Origin: Candidatus Latescibacterota bacterium
GTDB taxonomy: Bacteria > Latescibacterota > UBA2968 > UBA8231
NCBI GenBank assembly: GCA_965200315.1
Contig: OZ241362.1
Span: 2,368,001-2,432,000, forward strand
Direction: 5' to 3'
Length of the DNA: 64,000 nt
This document shows, in pieces, positions 19,738-30,500 of this stretch. The notes below the pieces were generated by a model. The model did not search any database. It was not told the origin of the DNA and saw only the letters and a program-made list of their open reading frames with translations. Within the stretch, counting starts at the first letter, position 1. The number at the start of each line of letters is the position of its first letter. A program made the position numbers and the translations under genes.

Positions 19738-20742
19738 TTACTCCTCTAGTTCTGCGGCCCGCGCAAACGCCGCTTCGCTTTCCTCAATCAATTCTTTATG
19801 GGCGAAAATCGTCCCCAAGTGCATCCACACCAAAGCATTGTCCGGCGTTTGTTCGGAGAGCTGCTTCAAAAGCGGCAACGCGCTATCCATGTCCTCTGTG
19901 GCCAAGTGGACCATGGCGAGATTGTAGCGTGCGTCCCCGTCGTCGGGTTTGAGCTGGAGGACCTGCTCATAGGCCCGCTTAGCCGCGGTGTATTTTTCTT
20001 GCTGCCAGTAGATATTGCCCAAGTTGAAGTGGGGCCTGAAATCATCGGGGTTTAGTTCAATGACCTTGCGGTAATTGACCTCGGCACGCTCGTAGTCTTG
20101 GGCTTGAGCTTGGGCGATGGCGAGATTGGTCAGGGCATTGAGGTTTGCGGGATTGATCTTGACCACCTGCGACAAGGTGCCGATGGCCTCATCGAGCTGG
20201 CCATTTTCCAAGTAGAGCGACCCTAGGCTGAAAAAGGTGCTCTCGTCTTCTGGATCCGCGGACGCGACCTTCTGGTAGGTGGCAATGGCCGCGTCCGTGC
20301 TGTCGATCTGGTAATAGACGTACGCGAGGTTGCGCCAAGCATCGAGCGCACTTTCGTCGATGAGGGTAGCGTTGTGGAACGAGTGCCGCGCCAGGTCGTA
20401 GTTCGGGGTCTCTCCTTGGGCGTGGACGACGCCGGCATTGTACTCACGCGTCCAAAAGTGGCGGCGCGTTCGTTCGGCCTCGCTTTGAAATTTGGGGGCG
20501 CGCTCAGCGTGCGCTAGGTGCTCGGCCATTTCGCCATAGCGGCCCTCTTCGCCTAAGAGCTTGCCCATGAGTAGGTGAGCCTCGCTATTTTCTGGCTCGG
20601 CTTGCAAGACTAGGGCGAGTTGTTCTTTGGCCTCTTGCGGCTGCTCCTGTTGGATATAGAGCTTGGCCGCGGTCAGGGTCGAACTCTGACACCCCAATCC
20701 GGCGACGATGACGAACACCGCCAGCCAGCACACAAATCTCAT
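19738..20742 (-). CDS. TPR-repeat lipoprotein
   Basis: Lipobox-like GLGC; multiple TPR units (AWRNLAYVY, FFSLGSLY, HFNLGNIY, RYNLAMVH). Confidence 0.85.
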   Translation of the reverse strand: MRFVCWLAVFVIVAGLGCQSSTLTAAKLYIQQEQPQEAKEQLALVLQAEPENSEAHLLMGKLLGEEGRYGEMAEHLAHAERAPKFQSEAERTRRHFWTREYNAGVVHAQGETPNYDLARHSFHNATLIDESALDAWRNLAYVYYQIDSTDAAIATYQKVASADPEDESTFFSLGSLYLENGQLDEAIGTLSQVVKINPANLNALTNLAIAQAQAQDYERAEVNYRKVIELNPDDFRPHFNLGNIYWQQEKYTAAKRAYEQVLQLKPDDGDARYNLAMVHLATEDMDSALPLLKQLSEQTPDNALVWMHLGTIFAHKELIEESEAAFARAAELEE

Positions 20743-20804
20743 TGGCAATCCCCTTCGAGAAAAACTGCGCGGCGCACAGGACGTGCGCCGCGCAACGGTC
20801 GAAT

Positions 20805-21839
20805 TTAGAACCCGAACTGAAAGGTAAAGGTATTGAGCGCGTCGAAATACTCAACCGTCGTGTAGGCGTAATCAACGCGCAAATCTTTGATCGTCCCGGC
20901 ATCCAGATTCAGACCAAAGCCGAAGCTAGTGCCGTAGATGTAGTCGTCGGTCGAGTTGGGCGCGTAGTCGAAGCCAGCGCGCAGGGCGAAGAACTCGTTC
21001 AACACATATTCGGCACCCAATCGGTACTGGTCGTAGGCGAAATTGTTGTGCCGGAAGACCGAGGACAGATTGACCGCGCCCAGACCAGTGGGCTCGTAAC
21101 GGTAGCTCAGACCGAGTTCAAATACCGAGGGCAGGTCGGCGGAGCTAGCCTGCACATTGTAATCGGAAGGTCCGCGGCGCAACCCGTCGACTTGGCCGCG
21201 GCGCAACAGGCCGGAACCTCCAAACTGCATCCGCGTACCGATGTGCTTGAGCACCACCCCCAAGTCCAAGCCGGCAATTCCGCCCAGATTGGCGTATTGC
21301 AGACCGGCGCTAAACGAGGCTGCGGTAGCCTCGACGCGCAGGATGCGGTTGACGATATAATGGCTGGTAAACCCGACAGCGATGCGATCAGTCAGTTCCC
21401 TCGCAAAGGTCAGGCCGACCGTGAAGAAGGTCGGCGAAAAGTCCGCGCCGGTGCCGTCTGGATTGGCCTCGGTCGTCACTGGGATTGGGCCAAAATCCAG
21501 CGCCTTGATGTTGAGGGCCAGCGCACCGAGGCTCTTGAAATTGGCACCGGTGGCCAGATAGTTGATGCGGGTATCCGCCAGATAGGACATCGTCGAGAAC
21601 ATGATGCCCGCGTTGGATTCGGACTTGGACAAGCCTGCCGGGTTCCAGTGCAGAGCCTCTAAACCAGAACTAGTGGCGATTGAGGCCCCGCCCAAGGCCA
21701 TGTCGCGCGCGCCAACCGGAATCAGCAGTTCCGGGGCCGCGGCCGTACCGGCGCGATCATAGCCGTCGGCAAAGGCCGTAGCCGAGGCGAAAACCAGCGC
21801 CAGCAGGATCGTCGAGATGCGAAAGCTGTGTCGAAGCAT
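20805..21839 (-). CDS. PorV/PorQ-like outer-membrane beta-barrel
   Basis: L.IPVGARDMALGGA...LHWNPAGL N-terminal signature, amphipathic strands, C-terminal FQFGF. Confidence 0.85.
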   Translation of the reverse strand: MLRHSFRISTILLALVFASATAFADGYDRAGTAAAPELLIPVGARDMALGGASIATSSGLEALHWNPAGLSKSESNAGIMFSTMSYLADTRINYLATGANFKSLGALALNIKALDFGPIPVTTEANPDGTGADFSPTFFTVGLTFARELTDRIAVGFTSHYIVNRILRVEATAASFSAGLQYANLGGIAGLDLGVVLKHIGTRMQFGGSGLLRRGQVDGLRRGPSDYNVQASSADLPSVFELGLSYRYEPTGLGAVNLSSVFRHNNFAYDQYRLGAEYVLNEFFALRAGFDYAPNSTDDYIYGTSFGFGLNLDAGTIKDLRVDYAYTTVEYFDALNTFTFQFGF

Positions 21840-21878
21840 GGAATGGCCTCCTATTTCTCTCTTTGATATCCCGTGCAC

Positions 21879-24800
21879 CTAGAAGTTCTCCAAGAACTGC
21901 TGCTCTTGGATGACGGCCAGCTTGAGGATTCGACTCATGCCGTGATCCGGCAGTTCGATATGGGCGATGTACATGCCGCTGGCCACCGGCAGTGCATTGT
22001 GGTTTTGCAGATCCCAGCGCGTGAACTGCGATGGGTCGTCCTTCTCAATCGTGCGCACCAGCGTACCGCTCATGTCGAAGATGCGGATATTCGCCTTGGA
22101 CGGCAGGTGGCTGAAGGTCACGAAGTGGCTGTAACGGCTGGTTTCCGCCATGTTGACGCCGAGGTAGGGATTGGGGAAGACGTTGATCTTCTCGATGTCC
22201 TCCTTGAGGAATTCGGCGTTCTCATCTCGCCCTGGGACGAGAAAGGAGAATACATCGTCAGCGCTGTTGACCCTGTAAGGGATCAACCTCAGAATCTGAC
22301 CGTCTTCGAGCATATCCATCTCGTGGTCACCACTTCTTAGCGTACCCCATAGTGCCGCATGGATGTCGAAGGTAACTGCATCGGCTAAGATGCTTTTGCC
22401 TTCGCCGTATTGATCCAGTGGCGCGTCGCTATAGTCGCTGTCAAAAATAAACAAGTACTCGCGACCACCGAGCCCGCGATCCGGGTCTTCCGAGGCCAAA
22501 TCCCAAGTGCCGTTCTCCGAAGTGGAACCCGAGTTCTCGACAAAGCCGATATTGACCTGCCGCGGTGGGTCGCTGTCCACTTCCCAAGCGGTAAAAGGCA
22601 CATCGGCAAAATCTTGAAAACCGTAATTGGGATCGCCGCCGCGCAGATAGCGGTAGCCTTTCTGCGTATTGGTGCGACTAAAACGAATCTCGATGGCCTT
22701 CAGGTCGGCACCGCCAAGCGAAGAGCCGAAGAAATTAGGACCGACGTCAGCACCGCCGCCAAGGGCACTGCCACCCCAGTTTATACCGGTTAGCCAGCGC
22801 TCCGATCCCTCCCACTCCCAACCACTAAGCGCCAGCGGTGGGCCGAGGACCATCAGTTCAAAGCCGTGGTCCGGGAGGTAGATGGCCGCTCGCTCGTCGC
22901 CCGGACCGATCTCGAACTGGTCGGCAAGGAGAATCTTGCCACCATCGGTTTCATCTATCAAGCTCCACACGGTGTGTCCCTCTTCATCCGCGCCGAAGCG
23001 GACCTGATAGTTGTGGCCCGTGGTGAATGTAGGGTTGACTACCACGACCTCAACCTCTCCCTCACTGATACCGGAAGTGTGCTCGGGGGTTATCGCGGTG
23101 TCAGGCTTGCTCAGATAGCGGGTACCTGGCGGCGGCTCCTGCGGTACGCAGATCAGGTTCTGCGGCGTACTCTCCAGCGTAGTGTTAGCGGCTTCTTCGG
23201 CGGTGGCGCGGTTGTAGGCCGTCACTGCAAAGTAGTACCGCTGGCCGTTGACCAGCGGGCCGCTACGGATGTGGTCCTGAGTAATCGTGGTATTGCGCCT
23301 GAGCCCGAAGTCGATGCCGATCTGTAGGGGCACATCGAGCACCACGCCCGATTCCTCGTCGAGGGCAATGCCGAGGATTGTAGTCACACCATTCTCGATG
23401 TCAAAAGTCGCTACCCTGACGCCCTGAGAAAGCGTGGCTTCGGCCGAGGGCAACTGATAGAGGTTGTAGCCTTCAAATTCAAAGCCGGGCGAACCCTCGC
23501 CTTCGGTGGCCTGAATCGACTCGTCGTCCCAACCCCAATCCAAGAAGATCGCCTGATCGAGCTCGGCTACGCGGACATTGGGCTGGGTCGGCGGCTTGGG
23601 CACCTCGAAGAAGCTGTTGTAGGCGTCCTGTACAAACTGGTCGTTGAATTTCAGCTTGGAGACACTACGCAGGCGATCGGTAGAAATGCCGCCGAGCAGC
23701 GCGACCACCACTTCCTGAGTATCGCCTAAGGCCATCTCAAACGGACCGGTGTTGAGCACGATGCGCCGGTCGCCGGCTGGCAGCGGAATTCCGTCGTTCC
23801 AGCCTTGGGCCGTAGTCGGATCGCCGTCGAGGGTGAAAAAGGTGCCATCGCCAGTCAGGGGATTGGTGTACGGAACGGGGTTGCCAATGTCGGGCTGGGG
23901 CTGAAAGCCGCGCAGCAAATTGTACCACTCCTCGGTACCGATGTATTCGCCGAGTTCCGGGTCGTCAATAGCCGAGCCGGCGGCAAAGTACACAAAGGAA
24001 GTCATTGGCAAATTACGATAGCCGAGTCTCCGGCCAAAGTTGAAAATGGCTTCCGAACTCTCATCCAAGACCAAGTTGCCGTCTTCGTCCAACAGCGGGT
24101 CGCCGTTTTCGTCTTTCTGGAATACCGGAACGGCCGGCCCTTGGAGGAAGTCGTAGCCCACGGCTGGCGGTGCCAGTCCAAAGGGTACGTAGTGCGAGTC
24201 GTCGTTGATTGAGTTGTACACGTAGCCGAGACTTAAATCGATATCGGCCCCGGCGAAGTCGTCGCCGTAGTTGCCCAAATCTGGGTCGGACCACTGGGCA
24301 AAGTACATATCTTCAATGCGGGCTGTATCCGGGGTGGCACTGGTGCCTTTGTAAATGACCGTGAACTTCTTGAAAATCACATCGCCCAGCGCGTCGGTGC
24401 GGGCGTACCCCCAAAGCAGCACCTGGACTTCAAGGCCAATGGGTTTGGAGCCGTACAGGGATTGCGCCGCCCCCACATCGAGGTCGTTAATCACAAACCA
24501 AGCCACTTGGTCGGCCCCGGCCACGCCCGGCTCGTCAATGTCTGGATTATACTCGCCGTCCCCGTCATTGTCGTAATAGGGTGCCCCTTTCTGATGGGGC
24601 CATTCGCGCCAATCCTGCTCGTACTGGGCGCGCAAGGCTTCCTCGTCGCTGTCGGTGACCGCACTCAGCCCAATTCCCAAGCTCTCGGAGGCGTCGAGAC
24701 GCAAGTCCGCCGTCTGATAATCGCGGCGAATGCGGTAGATGCGGACGCTTGGATCGGCGGGATCTTCGGCCACGCCCTTGCTGATAATGCGGCCGGGCAC

Positions 24801-25136
24801 GGTGCCTATTGCGTAGGTCTGGCCGCCGACGCGCAGTTCCTGTGGATCGCCGTCCTTGACGATGCCACCCCAGATCAGGCCATCCCTATAGATGACTTGG
24901 TCAGTCGAGCGCGGAAAGGTTACCCCGGAGCCGGAGGTGAGTGGGTTGTACCCGGACGAGCCGTTGTGCTCAAACCACATGGCCATGTTGTTGATGTTGA
25001 GCAAGGCGCGCCCGCCGAAGTCGTTTTCCTGCGTGGTTTTGGCAGCGCGATACGCGCTCGGTCCGCGGCTTTGGACCGGGCCGGCTACGCCGAGCAAAAG
25101 CCCAGCGGTCGCCAAATAGGTGACAAACTTTTTCAT
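21879..25136 (-). CDS. Large secreted protein with T9SS type A / FlgD-Ig-like C-terminal domain
   Basis: Signal peptide; DNDGDG Ca-binding-like loop; FN3-like YYFAVTAY; C-terminus INVFPNPY...IRIFDMSGTLVRTI...WDLQN....VASGMYI....KLAVI. Confidence 0.8.
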   Translation of the reverse strand: MKKFVTYLATAGLLLGVAGPVQSRGPSAYRAAKTTQENDFGGRALLNINNMAMWFEHNGSSGYNPLTSGSGVTFPRSTDQVIYRDGLIWGGIVKDGDPQELRVGGQTYAIGTVPGRIISKGVAEDPADPSVRIYRIRRDYQTADLRLDASESLGIGLSAVTDSDEEALRAQYEQDWREWPHQKGAPYYDNDGDGEYNPDIDEPGVAGADQVAWFVINDLDVGAAQSLYGSKPIGLEVQVLLWGYARTDALGDVIFKKFTVIYKGTSATPDTARIEDMYFAQWSDPDLGNYGDDFAGADIDLSLGYVYNSINDDSHYVPFGLAPPAVGYDFLQGPAVPVFQKDENGDPLLDEDGNLVLDESSEAIFNFGRRLGYRNLPMTSFVYFAAGSAIDDPELGEYIGTEEWYNLLRGFQPQPDIGNPVPYTNPLTGDGTFFTLDGDPTTAQGWNDGIPLPAGDRRIVLNTGPFEMALGDTQEVVVALLGGISTDRLRSVSKLKFNDQFVQDAYNSFFEVPKPPTQPNVRVAELDQAIFLDWGWDDESIQATEGEGSPGFEFEGYNLYQLPSAEATLSQGVRVATFDIENGVTTILGIALDEESGVVLDVPLQIGIDFGLRRNTTITQDHIRSGPLVNGQRYYFAVTAYNRATAEEAANTTLESTPQNLICVPQEPPPGTRYLSKPDTAITPEHTSGISEGEVEVVVVNPTFTTGHNYQVRFGADEEGHTVWSLIDETDGGKILLADQFEIGPGDERAAIYLPDHGFELMVLGPPLALSGWEWEGSERWLTGINWGGSALGGGADVGPNFFGSSLGGADLKAIEIRFSRTNTQKGYRYLRGGDPNYGFQDFADVPFTAWEVDSDPPRQVNIGFVENSGSTSENGTWDLASEDPDRGLGGREYLFIFDSDYSDAPLDQYGEGKSILADAVTFDIHAALWGTLRSGDHEMDMLEDGQILRLIPYRVNSADDVFSFLVPGRDENAEFLKEDIEKINVFPNPYLGVNMAETSRYSHFVTFSHLPSKANIRIFDMSGTLVRTIEKDDPSQFTRWDLQNHNALPVASGMYIAHIELPDHGMSRILKLAVIQEQQFLENF

Positions 25137-25153
25137 AACGTTTTCCTCCCTTT

Positions 25154-28100
25154 TTACAAGCCCAGTTTGATCCCTAAACGGATCTGGCGCGGCGAGCCAA
25201 ACAGGTCTCCACCTTCGGTGTTCCAGTAGTGCTGCCGATTGGCCAAATTGATGGCCTCGTATAGCTGCCGGTACGTATCACTGCCACTGGCTGCAATAAT
25301 TTGGCTGCTCAGATCGGGGTTGGTGAGGAAACCGTCGTCCTCGGCACTGCCGGTGCGGCCGTACACGTTAATCACGTTTTTGCGGTTGAACAGATTATAG
25401 ACAGAGAGATAAAGCTGTGCATCGGCACCGAACAGACCAAAGCCTTTATCCACTTTCAGATCAACCTCAAACGTCCAAGGCGTCGAAGAGGCGTTGATGC
25501 TTTCTAAAGGCTTGCGCGAGCGCGGATCGTCGTTGGCGAGGATGCCACCCTCTTCGGGGCCGCGCTGGCCAATGGACCCGCTCGACAGGGTGAAATTGTG
25601 GCCGCTGCTAAAGTAAAACAGCAGGTTGGCCCCCAGATTCTCTAGGATCGGCCCACCGTCGTTGTCGGCAAAGCGATAGTCAACAAAGATGTTGCCTCGA
25701 TGCGCCTCATTAAAATCCAACGGCGAAATGATGGTGGGCAAGTTGGTGTTGTTCTCAACCCCAGAAACGGCCGAATTGGTCGATGAGCCGGTGCCGCGAG
25801 CATCCGACAGGGTATAGTTAAGCTCAGTGCGCAACCGATTGATACGACGCAACTTGAAGACGAACTCCAAACCCTTGGTCGTAGCAAAGTCGCCGTTTTG
25901 CAGGAAATTGTACGCGCTGGCGTTCTTCGCGCTCGCCGAAATGTTCTGGCGCTGAATCTGCAACTGCCCTTTTACGTCGCGGTAGAAGCCAGTGATGTCG
26001 AAGGAAGCCATGTCGGTAAATTGACGTTCAAAGCCGATCTCGTATTGGGTCGTGCGGATCGGCTCAATGTCGAAGGCCGTGGGCACGGAGATGAAATTTT
26101 GGCCGCCTAGCTCCAAGGCCAGCCGTGCCCCGCCGGCGTACATGGAGCGCATGGCTGGCATTTGCGAGAAGCGGCCGTACTGCACGTGGAAGACCGTCCG
26201 ATCCGACACTGGAAACGAGAACCCGAGTCGCGGGCTGAGTTCGCTAAACGTGCGGGTCTTGGTCATTGACTCGAGATTGATCGTATAGAGCGAATCGGTG
26301 CGCACCGGGGCTTCGGGATTCTTGAAGCGCCAGCTATCGACATCGAAGTAATCCCAGCGCAGGCCGGCGTTCACGATGAGATCATTGTATTCGATCTTGT
26401 CCTGTACATAGGCCGAGGCCATCACCGGATGGCGCGGTGCCTCCAGCCCTTCGCCTTGGTCCTTGCGGCCAAAAGCGTCGAAGCCGAAGTAATCGGAGCG
26501 GCTGCTGTTGCGGATCAAGGTCTCAAAATCCGCAAGGCTGCCCTGCCCGTCGGGCAAGGTTTCGGCGGTGGCGATCAATTCATCTAGCACTTGGTCGGCA
26601 CTTATGCCGCCGGCGTAATACCGATCGTAAACCGCGTCTAAGTCGGGGTATGTGGTGGAGATGGCTCTGCGGAGGGCACTGGTCCTGATGTCAAAGCGGC
26701 GCGAAGTCCAGTACTGATAGTTGAAGCCGACCTTGAACTGATGGAGGTCAGTTTGGTGCATCAGGCTGCCACCCCCCCCGTAGTAGCTCTCCTCGGCTTT
26801 GCCATAGGAGGAGGCCAAATCGCCCGTCCTAGCAAAGGGGAAGCCGTTCAGATCGTAATCCCGCAGCGAGATGCCCTGACTGGAGTACGGCGTGAAATCC
26901 GGGTTGGCTTGGGCGACAGCGAGGCTGTCGTTGTAGAGCATGAACGCATCGCCGAAAACCGGATCAAAGTACTCGCGCGCTTGGTTGTAGAGGCTGGCGT
27001 TGAATTCGTAAAGGGTATTGGCATTGAGGAGGTGAGTGCCGCTGACATGGAGCAGGCCCGTAGCCCGATCGGCCTCGGGCAGCCGCTCGGTATTAAAGGC
27101 ACTGTAAACAGGCAGCCCATTAAATTCCTGGTCTTCCCCTGAGTACAGGCCCGTGACCCGCACCTGAAAGGGCTGCAAGTCAAAGAGCAGGGTGCCGTTG
27201 AACGTCATCGCTTGCAAACCTCGATGATCGATGTTGCCCGGACTGATGGCTAGATCAACCGTATCTGGCACCGCGTTGTCCTCGGCGTCCTTGCGCCAAT
27301 GCACCCGGCCGCCGCGGTCACCCGAATCGACTAAGTCGGCAAACTCAAAGCCCTCCCAGAAGACGGGTGGGGAGTCGCGAACCCAGCGCTGCCCGGCCAG
27401 AAAGGCTCGCACCTTCTTGCTGCCGACGACCGGGCCGCCAGCCGTGAACACTTGGGTGGAATACCCATAAGAATACGTGCCGAAGCGCTTTTCGTAGGGG
27501 GAGGTGAAGTTGTCCGTCTCGCTCAGCAGCCCGAATTCCCAATTGGAGGGGCCGGTGCGTAACTCCTGCAAGATGATGCCGGCGTTGGCCCCACCGTACT
27601 CGGCGTTGAAGCCCCCGGCCTGTAGCTGGACCTCCGCTAGGGCTTCATCTATCAGGTTGACTGCTACTCCGCCAGTGACCGGATTGCGGACGGTGGCCCC
27701 ATCGACGTAGTAGCCGATCTCGTCCGAGCGCGAGCCGCGCACATGCAACGTGCCCTCGTCATATACCACGCCCGGCTGTAGGTTTATGACACTCGCGACG
27801 CCTCTGAACGGCAGAAGCTCTATGTCCTCGGCATCAACGATGCGCACCGCATTGGTCGCGGTTTTGTCGATGATCGGCCGCTCGGCGCGAATTACCACCT
27901 CATCGACTTGGATATCCGAAGAAGTCAGGTCAATGTCGAGATTCGTAGTCAGGTCGGCGGAGACCCGCACATCTTCAACGATATAATCCGCGTAGCCGAC
28001 ATAGGTGGCCTTGAGGGTGTAGGTACCCGCCGGCACGTTGAGGATAAAGAAGCGGCCCTTTTCGTCCGCTGTGGCCCCTAACTTGGTATCCATCACCACG

Positions 28101-28252
28101 ATATTGGCATGGGGCAGCCCATCCCCGGTGGCGGCCTCCTTGACGACACCAGCTATTTTGCCACCCGTACTGGCCTCGGCCGGAGCCAAGCTCAGCGCGA
28201 GCAAAACGCCCAATGCGGTCAAGACGCGAAAAACGTCAGCAAATTTGGTCAT
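25154..28252 (-). CDS. TonB-dependent receptor
   Basis: Signal peptide, GKIAGVV carboxypeptidase-reg-like domain, plug LQPGV...HVRGSRSDE..YYVDG, GGFNAEYG, SPRLGFSFP, PRQIRLG C-terminus. Confidence 0.9.
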   Translation of the reverse strand: MTKFADVFRVLTALGVLLALSLAPAEASTGGKIAGVVKEAATGDGLPHANIVVMDTKLGATADEKGRFFILNVPAGTYTLKATYVGYADYIVEDVRVSADLTTNLDIDLTSSDIQVDEVVIRAERPIIDKTATNAVRIVDAEDIELLPFRGVASVINLQPGVVYDEGTLHVRGSRSDEIGYYVDGATVRNPVTGGVAVNLIDEALAEVQLQAGGFNAEYGGANAGIILQELRTGPSNWEFGLLSETDNFTSPYEKRFGTYSYGYSTQVFTAGGPVVGSKKVRAFLAGQRWVRDSPPVFWEGFEFADLVDSGDRGGRVHWRKDAEDNAVPDTVDLAISPGNIDHRGLQAMTFNGTLLFDLQPFQVRVTGLYSGEDQEFNGLPVYSAFNTERLPEADRATGLLHVSGTHLLNANTLYEFNASLYNQAREYFDPVFGDAFMLYNDSLAVAQANPDFTPYSSQGISLRDYDLNGFPFARTGDLASSYGKAEESYYGGGGSLMHQTDLHQFKVGFNYQYWTSRRFDIRTSALRRAISTTYPDLDAVYDRYYAGGISADQVLDELIATAETLPDGQGSLADFETLIRNSSRSDYFGFDAFGRKDQGEGLEAPRHPVMASAYVQDKIEYNDLIVNAGLRWDYFDVDSWRFKNPEAPVRTDSLYTINLESMTKTRTFSELSPRLGFSFPVSDRTVFHVQYGRFSQMPAMRSMYAGGARLALELGGQNFISVPTAFDIEPIRTTQYEIGFERQFTDMASFDITGFYRDVKGQLQIQRQNISASAKNASAYNFLQNGDFATTKGLEFVFKLRRINRLRTELNYTLSDARGTGSSTNSAVSGVENNTNLPTIISPLDFNEAHRGNIFVDYRFADNDGGPILENLGANLLFYFSSGHNFTLSSGSIGQRGPEEGGILANDDPRSRKPLESINASSTPWTFEVDLKVDKGFGLFGADAQLYLSVYNLFNRKNVINVYGRTGSAEDDGFLTNPDLSSQIIAASGSDTYRQLYEAINLANRQHYWNTEGGDLFGSPRQIRLGIKLGL

Positions 28253-28285
28253 ATATCCCTCCTTTGTAAGGTATTCAATACCCCT

Positions 28286-28999
28286 TCACATCAGGTGCAA
28301 CCAGTCGTCCAAGAGAAAGGTTACACGCCCGATCAACAGCGAGACCCTCGCCATAATGGTGTAACCAAACGAAGCCCCAAACGAGATCATCAAAAACCAT
28401 ATCCCCACCTTGGAGATATGACCCGCCGTGCCGGTGTGCTCGACGGAAAAAAAGAAATAAACCAACACCCCGATGACCCCCACTAGGACGATCAGCAAAT
28501 CGAGCACTTCCAAGCTCCAAGTCAGTTGATGTAATGCAGGCTCTATTTGGGCTAAAATAAAGGAAGAGATATAGCGAGGAATCGTCAGGCCGGCCCCGAG
28601 CCCGACGAAGAATGCAAAAGCATAGCGGCTGAGCCACCCAAAGCGCAGCGAAAAGCGCGTCAACATCAAAAGCCCGAGCACCATCGGAGCCAACAGCCAC
28701 CAATTGGGCGTCTCCCCTTCTTCCGTGTTGGTCCATTCGGCGATGAGCTCGCCGTAGATCGTCGGATACCAGTACTGGCCAAACATGTAAGCCGCTGCCA
28801 CACCGACGAAAACGTGCTCGGCAAACTTGAAAAGCGGGTTGTCCTTGTAGAGAAAGCTATAGAGTGCCAAGGTCATGCCCGCCGCGACGATGATGCCCAA
28901 ACCCGTCCAGTCCGCCGCCAAGATTCCGCTAGCCATCAAGCCGATATTGACTGCGGCAAACAGCAGGATCAAGCCCAAAAAGACATACGTATTGCGCAT
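28286..28999 (-). CDS. Conserved hypothetical polytopic membrane protein
   Basis: About 6-7 hydrophobic segments; SFLYKDNPLFKFAEH and FGASFGYT motifs; operonic. Confidence 0.8.
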   Translation of the reverse strand: MRNTYVFLGLILLFAAVNIGLMASGILAADWTGLGIIVAAGMTLALYSFLYKDNPLFKFAEHVFVGVAAAYMFGQYWYPTIYGELIAEWTNTEEGETPNWWLLAPMVLGLLMLTRFSLRFGWLSRYAFAFFVGLGAGLTIPRYISSFILAQIEPALHQLTWSLEVLDLLIVLVGVIGVLVYFFFSVEHTGTAGHISKVGIWFLMISFGASFGYTIMARVSLLIGRVTFLLDDWLHLM

Positions 29000-29007
29000 G
29001 GCGGAGA

Positions 29008-29838
29008 TCAGTTCCCCTGCTCGGATGAAGTTCGCCGAGCGACGAAGTACGCAATATTGCCGATAATTACAAAGAGGGCGATGACCAAATGAGTCATCGA
29101 CTGGGCGCTCATACCCATGCTGGCACTGCCGCGATGGTCAATCAGGGTCTCGTATTCGGCGGCACCGGCTAGGCCGCCGAGCAGGCCACCGAGCTGTCCC
29201 GAGTCGAGGAAAGGATAGAGATCGGGAGCCATCACCGCGGTGCAACCAGCGACAAAGGTAAAGCCGTACTTCTCCTGCCCATAGGGGATCCACCAAAACT
29301 CAATCGAATCCCCGGCAGCCAAGTCTAAGACGAGGTCAAAATCGCGCAGTGAGCGCAAACCGCGCGTCAAATCCAAATCGCCGGTATCCACGCCCCATTG
29401 GTCCTGCGGGAAGGCACTGCGGAAGTCTTGCCCCATATTGAGGATGACACTGAAAGTGCCCGGCTTGTAGCCCATAAAGGCGTAATCCACCCCGTACTCC
29501 AAATCGAATTCAGCCGCCATTTCCTCCAGCACCTGTTGGGCCAGCCCCGGTGCCTCGGGCCATAGACAAATGGCCACCACCTTGAGATCGCGGCGGAAAG
29601 CGTGGCGCAACATGGCACGCGACATCGGCAGCATTTCAGGTTGCGTGCTGGCACCATAGGAGAAGGAGACCAGCACAATGTCCCCCGCGTCGAGTTTCTC
29701 CAACTGGTTGTACGCAGCTTTTACTTCGTTCGTCGGCGTGATCGGCAGGGAAATTCCGGCCATCAACGGCCACGCCACGCTAATAAATACTAGGGCGAAA
29801 ATGATGCGGCGGTCGATAGCGAGTAGTTTGTGCATCAC
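29008..29838 (-). CDS. Hypothetical membrane-anchored alpha/beta protein (TM at both ends)
   Basis: N- and C-terminal TM helices; YGVDY..MGY and PFLDSGQLGGLLGGLAGAAEYE motifs. Confidence 0.8.
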   Translation of the reverse strand: MMHKLLAIDRRIIFALVFISVAWPLMAGISLPITPTNEVKAAYNQLEKLDAGDIVLVSFSYGASTQPEMLPMSRAMLRHAFRRDLKVVAICLWPEAPGLAQQVLEEMAAEFDLEYGVDYAFMGYKPGTFSVILNMGQDFRSAFPQDQWGVDTGDLDLTRGLRSLRDFDLVLDLAAGDSIEFWWIPYGQEKYGFTFVAGCTAVMAPDLYPFLDSGQLGGLLGGLAGAAEYETLIDHRGSASMGMSAQSMTHLVIALFVIIGNIAYFVARRTSSEQGN

Positions 29839-30491
29839 TCAGATCCTCCACCCAAATACGAGCGCTCAATCCCAAAAATGATCCGCAACGAGGTAGCAAT
29901 AGCACCCAACGACACGCCGAGCAAGATGCCGCGCTTAGCCGCCAAGTTGGGCACATTCAACAGCCAGTCGGTCGCCAGTGGAAAAAAATCGGAAAGCTCT
30001 CTACCAATGGGCACGCGGCCCAGCATGACGATGACCGCCGCGATCAACAGCACCGCCGCTTCGGGCGTGCGAGCGCGGAAGGTTCGGTACGCCGCCGAGG
30101 CGATGAAAAAGGCTAAAATCGAAAACATGGTAGAGGCGCAAGGCACGTGAATATTGTCGAAGAGCCACTTATAACCCCCGGCCTCAGCCTGAGCGGCGAA
30201 GGGGCCTAAACCGTCGTTGTACACGACGAAGATCATCATCACCGCAAAGCTCAAAATAGCGATCAAGCTATAGGCCCAGCCGGCGACGCGCTGGCGGATC
30301 CGCTGCCAGTGCAGGTTGAGCAGGCTGTATAGTCCGAGCAAATAGGAAAACGCGAAGACTATGCGCACCCATAGCGCCATCTCTCGCTCCAAATTCTGCG
30401 CGTGGCCGTGGGGTATGTAGTAGATGACAATGCCGAGCATACCGAAGGCAAAGGCAATGACCAGCGGTAGCGTTCGACTAAAAAAAATCAT
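29835..30491 (-). CDS. Conserved hypothetical polytopic membrane protein
   Basis: About 6 TM segments; TMFSILAFFIASAAYRTFRAR and AAKRGILLG...LR...GIER motifs. Confidence 0.8.
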   Translation of the reverse strand: MIFFSRTLPLVIAFAFGMLGIVIYYIPHGHAQNLEREMALWVRIVFAFSYLLGLYSLLNLHWQRIRQRVAGWAYSLIAILSFAVMMIFVVYNDGLGPFAAQAEAGGYKWLFDNIHVPCASTMFSILAFFIASAAYRTFRARTPEAAVLLIAAVIVMLGRVPIGRELSDFFPLATDWLLNVPNLAAKRGILLGVSLGAIATSLRIIFGIERSYLGGGSE

Positions 30492-30500
30492 CGCGCCCTC

